From the human T2T-CHM13v2.0 reference genome, Homo sapiens, in NCBI RefSeq assembly GCF_009914755.1, contig NC_060927.1: a stretch of 64,000 nucleotides of DNA. One strand, 5' to 3'. Shown piece by piece: positions 1 to 11,800 of the stretch (positions within the stretch are counted from its first letter, which is position 1; every line of letters begins with the position of its first letter). The position numbers and the translations under genes were made by a program. The notes under the pieces are model-generated. The model saw nothing but the letters and a program-made list of their open reading frames with translations. It did no database searches and had not been told where the DNA came from.

Positions 1-324
1 TGGAGCACAAAACATAATAGCTGAATAAATACAAGCTAGTAGCTTTGGAGACAGGTGTCATTTAAGAGAAAGATTTTTAAGAAAAAAGGGAAAGTGGATC
101 TTGCAAGAGTCAGAAGTGTGCAAAATGTTGGGCAGTGAGAAAAAAGAATGTGGTCATTCAGGAACTTCGTCACAATTGGGAAGGAGATTCACTGAAAATA
201 TTTTGTGATTTGAGCTTAATTTTAAGGAATTAGATAAAATTTATATGAATGAATACACAGATACATGCAAACTATAAATGTGCATGCTTGTGTATATTTG
301 GGTGAACATTCAGGGATACAAGTG

Positions 325-595
325 AAGCAGCATAGTGATAAAAAGCACAGCTTCTGGAGCCAGACTGCCTGGGCTCCCATCCATCCCTGTTTTACCACTT
401 TACTGGCTGGGAGACAGTGGGAAAGTTCTGTGCTTCAGCTTTCTAATCTATAAAATGAAGATAATAATAGCACCTACTTTAGAGTGTTGTTTTGAGGATT
501 AATTGAATCCATGTTTGTAATTAGTATTTGTAATTATTAGCTGAAGTTAATATTGGTAATTGGGATAGTGTAAACACCATGTAAGTGTTTGCTAA
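325..595 (+). mobile_element. MIR SINE
   Basis: ggagccagactgcctggg...ctgtgcttcagctttctaatctataaaatgaagataataatagcacctac matches the MIR core. Confidence 0.8.
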
Positions 596-1387
596 GTAGT
601 ATAAATATTAAAATTTTTTCTTTAATCATATTTCAAGATTTCTGTAGGAGATAATATATTTATTAGATTTGTTTTTTACTTTAGCATTTGTGATAAACTA
701 AATCTATAGAAAGATACCATCAAGTGACAATTTAAGATAATATAAATGGAACAGTGGTGAATAGGTTCTCTGGCTTTCATGTGTATCCTTATATTAAAAA
801 AAAATCTATAGACATGAAAAAGGGTTCCTAACAATGTTTTTACATGTAAATCAAAAAGTCAAAAAGGGGAAAAACAAAACAACACAAGAAAGGGAACAAA
901 ATACAAATGCAAATGCTAGCATCTAAATGGAAAAATCCTACTGCCTCTTTGTCGAGTCTCTAGGAAACAGTATTAATTTTGGAACCTCCGCTACCGTTAT
1001 TGAGCTCCTTATGTCACTATAATTTTGTGAGACCCAGGACAGTGTAGCAGACATAGTGGGCAGAACTAAGATGACAAATGGCTCCAAACCATTTTTTAAA
1101 TAGTAGCATCCAAAATTAGGCACATTAGGTAAGTCTATTGATAATTAATTCTTAAAGATATGTGAGTTTCTATCAGTGCCTGTTTAATGCCTTCTGACAA
1201 ACTCAGTGTAATATGCAAAAAACATGTCAAATCAAGTTAGTTTTGAAAACAGTGTAAACACATGTCATAACAGAGTTATTGTCCAAGGTGAGCTTCATTT
1301 TTGCTGATGATAAACAAGACTGCTAAACATGACTGTGTAAGGTAAAATTTCTATATTATCAATGTGAAGGTATTGAAAAGTGGTGAT

Positions 1388-1592
1388 ATGCGCTCACCAG
1401 TGCGGTAGTCACTGCCAAATATGGCTATTTAAATGTAAATTTATTAAAATTAACTCAAACTAAAAATTCAGTTTCTCAGCTATGCTAGATACATTCAAAC
1501 CCTCAAAAGTTACATATAGCTAGTGGCTACTGTATCAGACAGCAGAGATACAGGCTATGTCTAACATTGCAAAAAGTTCTATTAGGCAGTGT
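1388..1592 (-). mobile_element. MER3 (hAT-Charlie non-autonomous DNA transposon)
   Basis: ggctatttaaatgtaaatttattaaaatt...aaaaattcagtttctcag...gctagtggctactgtat...aaagttctattaggcagtg follows the reverse complement of the MER3 consensus end to end. Confidence 0.8.
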
Positions 1593-4500
1593 TCATATAT
1601 CAGTAGCATTTATTTTAGATAAATAATTTGAAATATTTTTAAAAATTCTACATATTTTCAATGAGTAAGGAACTTTCTTATTTTTTCACATTGGATAAAA
1701 TTCAAAAATAAGCATGGGTACACTTCCCATTACTTACATATTTTAAGTCATGATGCAAAATAACTCAGGAGCAATTAAATGTAAATTAGGATGATCATAA
1801 ATTAATACCAATCTAAGTCAACCTAGTGTTTGCTTTCCTGCTTTTTTCATTAATTTAGAATTTTTTAACCCATAAAAATAGCAAAGATATCACAATCTAA
1901 TTCCAAGTACTATGAATTTCAGTATACTTCTAATACTATAGACCATATATCGAATTTAACACTGAAATATCAACAGAGTGTCGCATGGACTCTACAGCAG
2001 GTTTAGTTCCCATGTAGCTAAAAGACCATTTTCATAACAACTCCGCATAGGCTCAATATGCATGCAACATACATACATGTAATAATATATATTATTCACA
2101 TATAATATTTATAAAATTATATTGACTCAAATATTAGCAATATAAATATTTAATGATCTTAAACAAAAGGAGAAATTAGGTACTTTTTACAGCTGATTAT
2201 GTAGGTATTCAATTATTCTTTATGAAAAAAATTAATGATGATGGCAAATTTTGACCAAAAATTTAAAGATAAATATTAAATACATAATTATTCAGTAAAT
2301 GCTTTTTGTAGAGATGTAAAGGATACATTCTCTGTTCTTTGAAGACTTTTCAGGATCGTCGAAAAGATTAGATATGTGTATCAAAGTTAGGCAAGTAGAT
2401 GAATAACCATATGCTAATTGTCAAATGATTGGTGTCAGTTCCATATACTTATTAATCATTATTAAATTAGAAGATAATATTAAACATATTTATATTCCAT
2501 GAAAACATTTTAATAGGCACAGCAGAAAAAAAAAATCCACTATGAGTATGATGATATAGAACTCCTTACATAAAATGTAAACATTGGGCATATTAAGTTT
2601 TTATTCGGTTGTCATTCTCTCAAAACTTGTCCTTTAACTTTTTTTAATTTAAAAACACAAAACCTAGAATTTCAAAAATGTCAACGTGGTATGTGCTTGC
2701 AAACTGAACTGAAATAATGTAAAAAACATTTTTATGAAAAAACTTTACCCATAAAGTCCAGCTTAAGTGATGCATTAAGTAGTCACTTATCTTCATCTGA
2801 TACTTTTAATTTACCCCAGTTTGAATGCAGTAAAAAAAGCATGTTTTGTATTATTGATATCAAATAATTGAAATGTTTAGTGCATAATTGTTATTCATAT
2901 GGATATTATTATTAGTAAATTTAACATTTAAGTATTTGACATGCCCAAGTGTCCTCTTGTTTTGCATATTTGTGAAACAAGGCACAAAGTATCATGATGC
3001 AGGAATAGTTCAAGATAAAATACCAAATATATTTGGACTAGATTTTTATTTTGAATATTTGAATAAAATTAATAGCAATATTCCTGTGGTATTTGTTATG
3101 ATGGACATAATCACACATATTTCAATATTTATAGGGGTTTTTAGAGGCAGTTTTACTTCTATTATCAGTTGTTACCTACTTGATATTTAGAATATGCTCT
3201 TTAATGGTATTTATTATAAATCAATGAAAGCAGTTGTTTTGACCCAGTTGGTCACTTTGAGGAATGAAAGATAAACTAATATACAACTTGTAAAACTGAA
3301 ATAAATTTAAATTTATAACTTTAAAAGTCTCTACATAATTTAGTAAAATTACTTTTTGTGGATACCTGATGCCACACAGACTGTTAAGTCAACTTTATTA
3401 TATTGCAAGTTATTTGAATCTAGTTAAATTATTAGGTCATTGTGCATAACCTTTAGTATTGTTTTTAATGTTAGTAAAAGTTCTTGTACTAGCCTTTAGA
3501 AGATGGACCAATGCATACCAAGAGTGAGTTTAACTCAAGAAAATAACTAAGAAATCCATGCCTTAGAAGGTGACGGTATGATTCTTTCCCTCTTACATAA
3601 GTATAATAATTTGGAACTCCACTGTAGGAACACAGAGATTGATTTTAATTGGAATAGTTTTTTTTTGTTTTTTGTACTGTAATGTAATATAAACTTCTGA
3701 GAGGTAAGAACTAAATCCAAGTAATCTTTGTACTTTCTTTACGATGCTCAGCACAAATGGATGTGAAAATCTTGCTTGGCAAACGGTTACTGAATTAGAA
3801 AAGTACTAGAGAGAATGTTTTTATTGAATTTCATGCACACACATAGGTAATATGATATGTATATGACATATGTGCATATATTTTTCTTTCACTGAATGTA
3901 ACACAAGAACCAAAATTCAATTATCACAGCAGAATCAACAATAGTACATTTTATGTAACTTCAAGTTGCATTTTTTTCTGTAAGGTTTCTAAGATATGAT
4001 ATGCTTAGAATTCACTGCTTTGAATGTTCTTTTCCAGAAAATTATTATCTACTTCCTAACACCAAAGCAAAATTTCTGAAGTAAACAATGTGTATGTTTT
4101 CCCCTAATTACATACTTCCTAAACGCAAAGAGACTCAAATTAACTATATTTGACATTGTGGATTTTATTTTTATTTTAGCTGTTTCAATGCTGAAACACA
4201 TAGAATACAATCTTGTAACTAACATATTTTAAAGTTGATGGCATAAATATGATAATATTATTGCCTACAGCATGTCTTTACATTTTATATTATCAAAAAA
4301 GATTTATGCAATTTGTTCTTTTCAAAGTACATACCTAATCTTTTAAGACCTGATATTTTGTCATATTTGAGGATCAACATTCTTTTTATTTATGTTTTTT
4401 CTACCTTGACCTTAGAGAATGCAAATTGCTGCTGTGAATGGATTAATTTACTCTTTTACCAGAATAATATACTTAAGACTTTCTCAAGTCTTGAAACATG

Positions 4501-5107
4501 CTGAGTATTAAACATTATAATCCTTCTTTTTTTCTCAAAGGAAGTAATTGCAGGTTAAGTCTCTCCTCTTTTAATCATTTTAAAAAGCAAATAATATTTA
4601 TGAATACTATTATTTCTACTATAAATAAAAGCACACCAGTTTTTAATGTCATATATCCTTTATTTAATAAAAAATTTCATCATTTCTTACCTGAATCCAG
4701 ACCACATATATCGTGAAGAACAATAGTCTGAGAGAATACAAAAGAATTCTGAACAATATAGTTCTGAAAAATGAGACATGAATGCTTTTCTGAGTATGGG
4801 TATGATTCAAACAGACAAGTGCAGATAAATCTACATGAATATTGCATCTGGTTCATTGAGTAGCTTATAATTTTGAAACTGTCACATGTCAGCAAATATA
4901 TCAACACTGCTAGAAAATCAAAAAGGAAGTACATTTCTAAGTGTAATTGCATCTAGCTTACATAGATAACCATGATTATATTTTAAATAAAATGTTAGCT
5001 TAATAAAAGAAATTATTGTTACACAAAGTAGTTTACCATTAACTCTTCCCTGAGTGAAGAGAATTTAGCACATAAAAAGAACTAAACAAATATTTTAGAG
5101 AGACATG

Positions 5108-5170
5108 CACATATATATTTGTGCATCTTTGTGTGTGTATATATATATATATATATCACATATATATATA
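5108..5170. repeat. (TA)n/(TG)n imperfect microsatellite
   Basis: gtgtgtgtatatatatatatatatatcacatatatatata. Confidence 0.85.
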
Positions 5171-5658
5171 AACATATAAATGGTCAAACGGTCATGGTAA
5201 TTCTTTTTTACAATCATGTTTTAACATTAATAATCATGTCAAACTCATGGAATCTTGCTATTGTCAAAGGCAATGATAATCATATTTTAACTCATTTTTT
5301 AGATGAGTTTTTACTTAAGATGTCATTATCTTCTAGGCATGCAATAGATAGCATCCAAACATACGTAAACATGTGAAGTATGTTTTAATATTGAGAAAAA
5401 TCTTGTAATATTTTTTTCTTAAAAGCCAAGACAAGAATATGACTATCAATTATCTAACCAGATATATATGTCAAGCTTGACTTTGGCTCATTTAAACAAA
5501 TACAAATTATGAACTGTAGCTGAATTGTAAGTACAGTGCATGGGGGGACTAGAAATTCAGGTTAATTAAGCGGATTATTGTTACTTTGAAGTAACAGGTT
5601 ATGTTTCAGGCACTGTGCTATGATTTCTAACTAAGCGTGAATCCTAGAAATGAATCTA

Positions 5659-5793
<135 letters not shown>

Positions 5794-8283
5794 TCAAGTA
5801 AAACATCAGAACTTGATTTTAAACTTTGATTTTAAAATATTTTATGTTAGGAATTATACTGAAATAACTTCTTTTTGGTGATGTTCCATTAAAAATGTTT
5901 CCCTTGCAAGTCTAGTTAATTTCAAAAGTAAAAGTATAGAAATAGATTCACATGGTTTATATTTTTAAAATAATAATATTATACATTCCTTCAATTTATA
6001 AGGACTTTCTTGAACGATTTTTCTTTTAGTGAATTATTAATGAAGTTTATAGATTTACTGTAAGCCAACATTTAAAAATGAAAATTTAATTATAAAAGGT
6101 CATGGAAACATATTTTTGACAGTATATAAAAAGAGATTTTGAATAAAATTATCAGATAATGAATCATTAGAAATTTCTAAGAACATTATTTAGACACAAT
6201 GATTTATATTATAATGGTGATAATGTAGTCTTTTTATTTTGTAACTGAGTTTATAAACTCTAAAATGAGTTTGCAAATGCTCATGTGGTCAATCAATATC
6301 AGTAAGAGTGGCAAAATGAGTATCAAAGTCAGATTTTACTCTTAAGTGCCGATATATAAACTCCACACATGGTATCTTTTTAGAAATGATTTGCATACAT
6401 TTAAGTTGGTGTGGACACACCTTCAAAGAGAGGCAGAGGTGTATGAATTCCTAATGAGAATGAGAGTATAGTCACCAATCAGAACCCTTCCTCACATTCT
6501 CCAAATCGCTTGTATTTCACCATTTCTCTCCACGCAGCAGAATTTTTGACATGGGACATTTCTTGCTCTCATTCTTTCTTTCCTTCCAATTTACTGTAAG
6601 GCATTAAGTGAAACTTCTTCAGCTATGGTGTGTGGCACAAAAACATCGCAGCGCAGGAATGCATGGAATAGAAGGGTCCTTTCCCTTCCAGAACTCTGTA
6701 AGCGTCAAACGCCGACCCTTGGCTCCATCTCCCGCTCCCCTGACCTCTTGTCACTGTGCCATTTCCCTCCTGTGCTTTCTGCCCACTTGGAAAATATCGT
6801 ATATCCTTTACAAGACCGCTACTTTCTCTCCTCTGTTCACATTTCTCCATTACCATCCACATTTTCTCAAAACATTCCGACGGGTTTTGAAGTGGGGTTT
6901 TCAACCTCCCTCGACTGTGATAGCCGAAGTCCCTTCAAGAAAGAAAAATGATGTTGGAAATACTAGTAACAAATAAAGTATCACGGAAATCCCCACCCAA
7001 GCGATACGGTTTCCTTGACGCGCCCTTAACCAAGGCGTTAAGTTTAGCCTGACAGCATCCCTCCCTCCTTTCGGTTCCTGGCCTGATGAGCCGCCTCCAC
7101 CTGCGAGCGGTGCAGGCATTTTTGTTGTCGACTAACCCCCTCTAGCGCCGAACTGGCGGCATCCGAGCCGCGGCTGCCAGGCCGGGAGAAGGCTGGGCTT
7201 GGCCGGGCTCTGCAGCGCTCCGGGCTCCGTCCCTGCCCTGGGCGCCCGCCTCCGCCGCGGGGCGAGGTGGTGGAGACCGCGGACGCCGAGGGTCCTCCCA
7301 GTCAGCACGCCGCGTTGCCCCGGCCCTGGGGCGGGGGCCGCGGAGTCCCACCAAGTGGCCCGCGCCTCGGCTTCCGGGAGACCCGAGCGCGGGGAGGGAG
7401 TGGGTGCCGCGAGGGGGCGGCTCGCGCGGGGAGAGCCGTCAGCCCACGGCGCCCCTGCGCTGCTGTGGATGTGGCCACGCGCCACTCGGCCCTTGGACTG
7501 CTAGGAGAGCGCGGCCCGACGCCACCACGCCGTGGACGCTCGGGGACCCCTGAATCCCAGCGTCAAGGCTGCGACGATGCTCGTGACCTCCACCGCGAAG
7601 TCACCTCCGCAAGGCGACGCAAGGACCTCGGCGAGCCCGGGCGCCGTACACCCGCCACTTTCCAGCCTCATGTAACCCCCCCTCTGCTGCTTCCTCCCGG
7701 CGCTTTGCTTTTCTACAACTGGAAGCCGCGAAGGCGGCTACTGCGCTGAGCCGCTCGCTCTGCTGGTCAAGTTTGGGCGACCCGCGCGGAGGAGGGTCGG
7801 GCTGACTGCCGCCGCTGAGCTGTCCCCGGACGGGAGCGCCTGTCCACGGCACTCACCCCCTCCAGCGGTGGAAATGTGGAGAAGTAAGTGGGAGGCGGTG
7901 TCGGGAACTGACTCCTCTTAAAACGGTCGGCGCCGCTGCTCTGAAATGGGCGGCTAAGTGCTTGTGGGACTAAGGGCGGCCTCAGAGATGCCCGGAAAAT
8001 CGCTGCCACGGCCAGAGTGCGGCGCAGACGCGGCAGAGTTGGAGGTGTCCGCGGTGCAGGCTGCTGCCCACGCCGCTCAGGCCAGGTGCTGAGGGCTCAG
8101 CCCGCGCCTCGGCCGAACCACTCTCAGCCCCGTTGAGCCACCTCGTCCGCCCGGCTTTCATCGCACCGGCCAGAGGAAAGTTCCCGCGGCCCCCACGCCT
8201 CTTCACAGCTGCAGCGCCTCCCCTGCTTTTGGCTCCGCAAGTGCCCACTTGAGTCGGGAGAGGTCCTCGGGCCGCCCCAACTG

Positions 8284-8359
8284 CCCGCCCCACCTGGCAG
8301 TCCGTCCCCGCCCCCGTCCTCGCGGTGAGGCGCTCCCCGCCCCCTCGCTCCCCTCCCCC
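8284..8359. promoter_or_regulatory. Cluster of GC boxes (SP/KLF-type) upstream of exon 1
   Basis: CCCGCCCC at 8284-8291, CCCCGCCCCC at 8306-8315 and 8335-8344, CCCCTCCCCC at 8350-8359. Confidence 0.7.
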
Positions 8360-8445
8360 AAACCACAGCCCGAGCTCGCTCTTGCGCGCGCGCGCTCTCT
8401 CCGGCCCAAGTGAATAGTCCTCGCGCAAGCGGGACACTGTGGTGG

Positions 8446-8830
8446 ATGCAATTCCCCTCGCCTCCAGCCGCGAGGAGCTCCCCGGCGCCGCAGGCAGCGT
8501 CCTCCTCCGAAGCAGCTGCACCTGCAACTGGGCAGCCTGGACCCTCGTGCCCTGTTCCCGGGACCTCGCGCAGGGGGCGCCCCGGGACACCCCCTGCGGG
8601 CCGGGTGGAGGAGGAAGAGGAGGAGGAGGAAGAAGACGTGGACAAGGACCCCCATCCTACCCAGAACACCTGCCTGCGCTGCCGCCACTTCTCTTTAAGG
8701 GAGAGGAAAAGAGAGCCTAGGAGAACCATGGGGGGCTGCGAAGTCCGGGAATTTCTTTTGCAATTTGGTTTCTTCTTGCCTCTGCTGACAGCGTGGCCAG
8801 GCGACTGCAGTCACGTCTCCAACAACCAAG
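8446..8830 (+). CDS. EPHA6: EPHA6 coding exon 1 (long isoform from ATG 8446; signal-peptide start MGGCEV at in-frame ATG 8728)
   Basis: Translates MQFPSPPAARSS...EEEEEEEEED...MGGCEVREFLLQFGFFLPLLTAWPGDCSHVSNNQ, which I recognise as the human EPHA6 N-terminus. Hydrophobic signal segment FLLQFGFFLPLLTAW. Ends at donor AAG|GTAAGG (GT 8831-8832). 385 nt, phase 1. Confidence 0.97.
8608..8634 (+). repeat. GAG/GAA trinucleotide tract encoding 9 glutamates
   Basis: GAG GAG GAA GAG GAG GAG GAG GAA GAA, in frame with ATG 8446. Confidence 0.95.
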
Positions 8831-11800
8831 GTAAGGGACGGGGCGGAGGAGCGGGAGTGGGTGGGAGGAGGAGGGTGCTTGGAGAACCAGGGTACTGGTT
8901 GCCTCCTGCAGGTAACTTTGTACAGGGGTCAGAGTCTCCTGGCTCGCCACACGAGGGGATCGAGGATGTCCCCTTACCCTAGCGCCCTGTTTACACCGCC
9001 CGGGACGGTGACTCCACAGGCTAGGATCCGTTGTGTTTCTAAATGTCTTTAAACGGTAGCGTGAGCATCAGCTGCAGTTGGGTCCCACCGCTAGCGGCCG
9101 TGGGACCGCTCCCCGCTGCGCTGTCTCCACTGGAAGTCAGGCTCCGTGGCACAGACTTAATGGAGACTTCTGGCTCTTTGGTGGTCGCTCTTCTCAGGGG
9201 AACGTGTGGTTCTCCCACATGCCTTCTTGAAAGGCAGGGTGCTCCCGCTGTACCCCGTGACCAGTTATCAGTCTTTCCCCACCCCTCCGGTGACTCTGCC
9301 GCCCTCGCCCAGCCTCAGTCCCCATGCTTCATCTACCATCCAGGCCACCGAAGTAGACTTACTCGAAATTCTTCCTAGACCAGATGCTCCAGATCTGTGT
9401 AGGGGTTTCATATTCTTGCGGGCAGGGAGTAGAAAAGGGTTTAGGGTGAATTTCCAAGTTGTGAATACCCTATTCATGAAGTCAAGTCACTGACAGATTG
9501 CTTGGAGGACTTTGTTTCGGTGGGTAAAGTGGTAAAGTGAAGGTAAATAGTGGTTAAAAAGTGATGGAAAGCCCTTGGAATATTTGAGCATTTTCCCTTT
9601 TTCTATTCATACAATCTTCATGAAATATATCTCCTTGTATTTCTGCTGTGCATAAAGATCTATAAAAAGTACCACCTGCATATTCTAAGTCCTTTCAGAC
9701 TAAGCATGAAACAACCATAAAAGTTTCCCAGCATGTATCTGGCTAGATATTCTCTCACTCGTGCTGTAATGACCAACCGATATGTCCCTTCAAATATTAT
9801 GTGTGGTAGTCAGTTATAGTTATCATTTAACATATAAGGCATATGTTTCAGAGTCTCGAAGTAATTTGCAGGTATAAAAATGGAGGTCAGATGGCTTGAA
9901 AGTGTTCACTTTTTGTGTGAGGAGAAGGTTAAGGGAGAAGATAAACAACACAGCATTCTTCTTTGTCATCAACATATATGGCCATTTTACTTAGAAATGT
10001 TCAGAATCAGAATAAAATATAATTATTAAATTGTTCTCATTTATACAGTGGTACTTTGGCATATTTTCCTAATTATTACAGTTATTTTAAACTGACAGAA
10101 TGCAATCACAAATGTGTAGGTGAATTTGGAAACCATACATAACCTTCATGGCTTTGAAGATAGATCACATAATAGATATCAGTTACAGTGTCCTGTTTTG
10201 CTGTGGTGGTATATACCATCACACTACATCCCTCATTTATTTTCAAAGACTGTGGGTATAAAATATTGAATAGGTAGTTAACTTCATTTCTGTGAAGGTA
10301 GAAGATTGTTAAAAAACGTGTAACGATTACCCTTTTTTATTATGACAAAACAATTTTTAATAATTGGAAAGTCAGACATTGATACTGTACTTTATAATAG
10401 TAAGTAAGGATACTAGAGATGAATACTTTGAGAGTCAAGTGTACTAGAAGTTTGTAACAGTTGTTCCCATGCAATAATTTCCCCAAACAATGTTTATTTA
10501 TTTAAATACCTATGATGCATCAGTAACTACCCTAGGCCCAGGGGATACTAACATAAATAAAACAGATATCTGAATCTACAAATGACCCTAAAGTGCCATT
10601 CTGCCAAAATATGTCCTGTTAAAGCATGACCTTTCAGACATTCATAGTAAATTTAAAAGCATCGAGATGTTATTTATTAACCTCTTCCAGTAATTTTTAT
10701 TTGCTTATCTATTTTAATGACTTTCTCATAGTATTTACAGATGTTTGACCTAGAATATATGCCAAACATATGTAATTTATTTATTTTTATTAATTAGCTA
10801 AACTTAGTGAATGAGTATTATCCAATTTTCCCATCAGTTAAATAGAAGCATTAAAGATTGTCTACTTAAACTCTTAATTTGAATTTGTATTGATATACCG
10901 ATAACACAGGCTGTGCATAAGAGTACAGTGGGCAAAATAGTACCTGAAGGTTAAATTGGATAAAATTTAGGTGACTTCTTCAAAAGAACATTATAATCAG
11001 AATTTTTATCAGACACAAATTATTACTTATAAAATGATGCTTTTTACAGCCTAAAGTCATAGTGAGTAGAAATTTTTCCTGATAATAAGTTGAGATAACT
11101 TTCAAATATTGAAATCATCACACTAATGGTTAATAAAATGCTAGGTTTCTAAATGTTATTCTTAATAACATTTTAGGGATATTTTCCTTACTCGTAGTTT
11201 CATAATGGATAAAATAAAGCATCTATTTTTAAACATGGAAAATGGGACATTATAGAATTATCATATGTATTCAACATGGAAAGATAAATGTAAAATATAA
11301 ATTTGATTTATTATACACATAAAAATAAACAGTAATATAATTCATATTTAGTATTGAGAAGATAGTTTTAATTGTCCAATAATTTTCACTTTAAAGGCTA
11401 ATGGAATTAATGTTTTAATTTTGAAATTTGTTATTTTATAGAGGGTAAAGTTACATTTATATGTAACTTCTTCCTGATTAAAGATATTCACAAAATAAAA
11501 TTTTAATGTTATATATCTGTTTTACCAAATTATATGACATCCTTCATGGCTGAAAAGAATGGATTCACCTTTCCCACAACCCCCACCCCAATCCCCATTT
11601 TTCCATACATAAGCAAGGTAAAATGATGATGATAATGACAAAAAAGTAAACTACCTCATTCTTTTAACGTGGTGCAAACAGTAACTTGACTATAGAAAGG
11701 ATCTCTTCTCTTGTCTTTTAACTGAGTGTGAAGCTGACTGTAAAGATGAAATAAATCAATTTGACTCTCTCTTCCTATGAACCAAACCTCCTTGAATCGA

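Larger units (their letters stand above)
6990..9320. promoter_or_regulatory. CpG island / TATA-less promoter of EPHA6
   Basis: Abrupt switch from AT-rich, CpG-depleted sequence to very GC- and CpG-rich sequence spanning exon 1; boundaries approximate. Confidence 0.93.

Noticed and set aside
6608-8729. Many overlapping 70-202 aa ORFs on both strands (e.g. 7267..7749, 7982..8590, 8124..8729)
   Set aside because: Expected from stop-codon scarcity in a CpG island; low-complexity R/G/A/P composition, mostly non-ATG starts and no recognisable domain.
8410-8982. ORF track's 190-aa single-exon protein
   Set aside because: It is EPHA6 exon 1 plus a GTG-started leader and read-through into intron 1; the real CDS splices at 8830.
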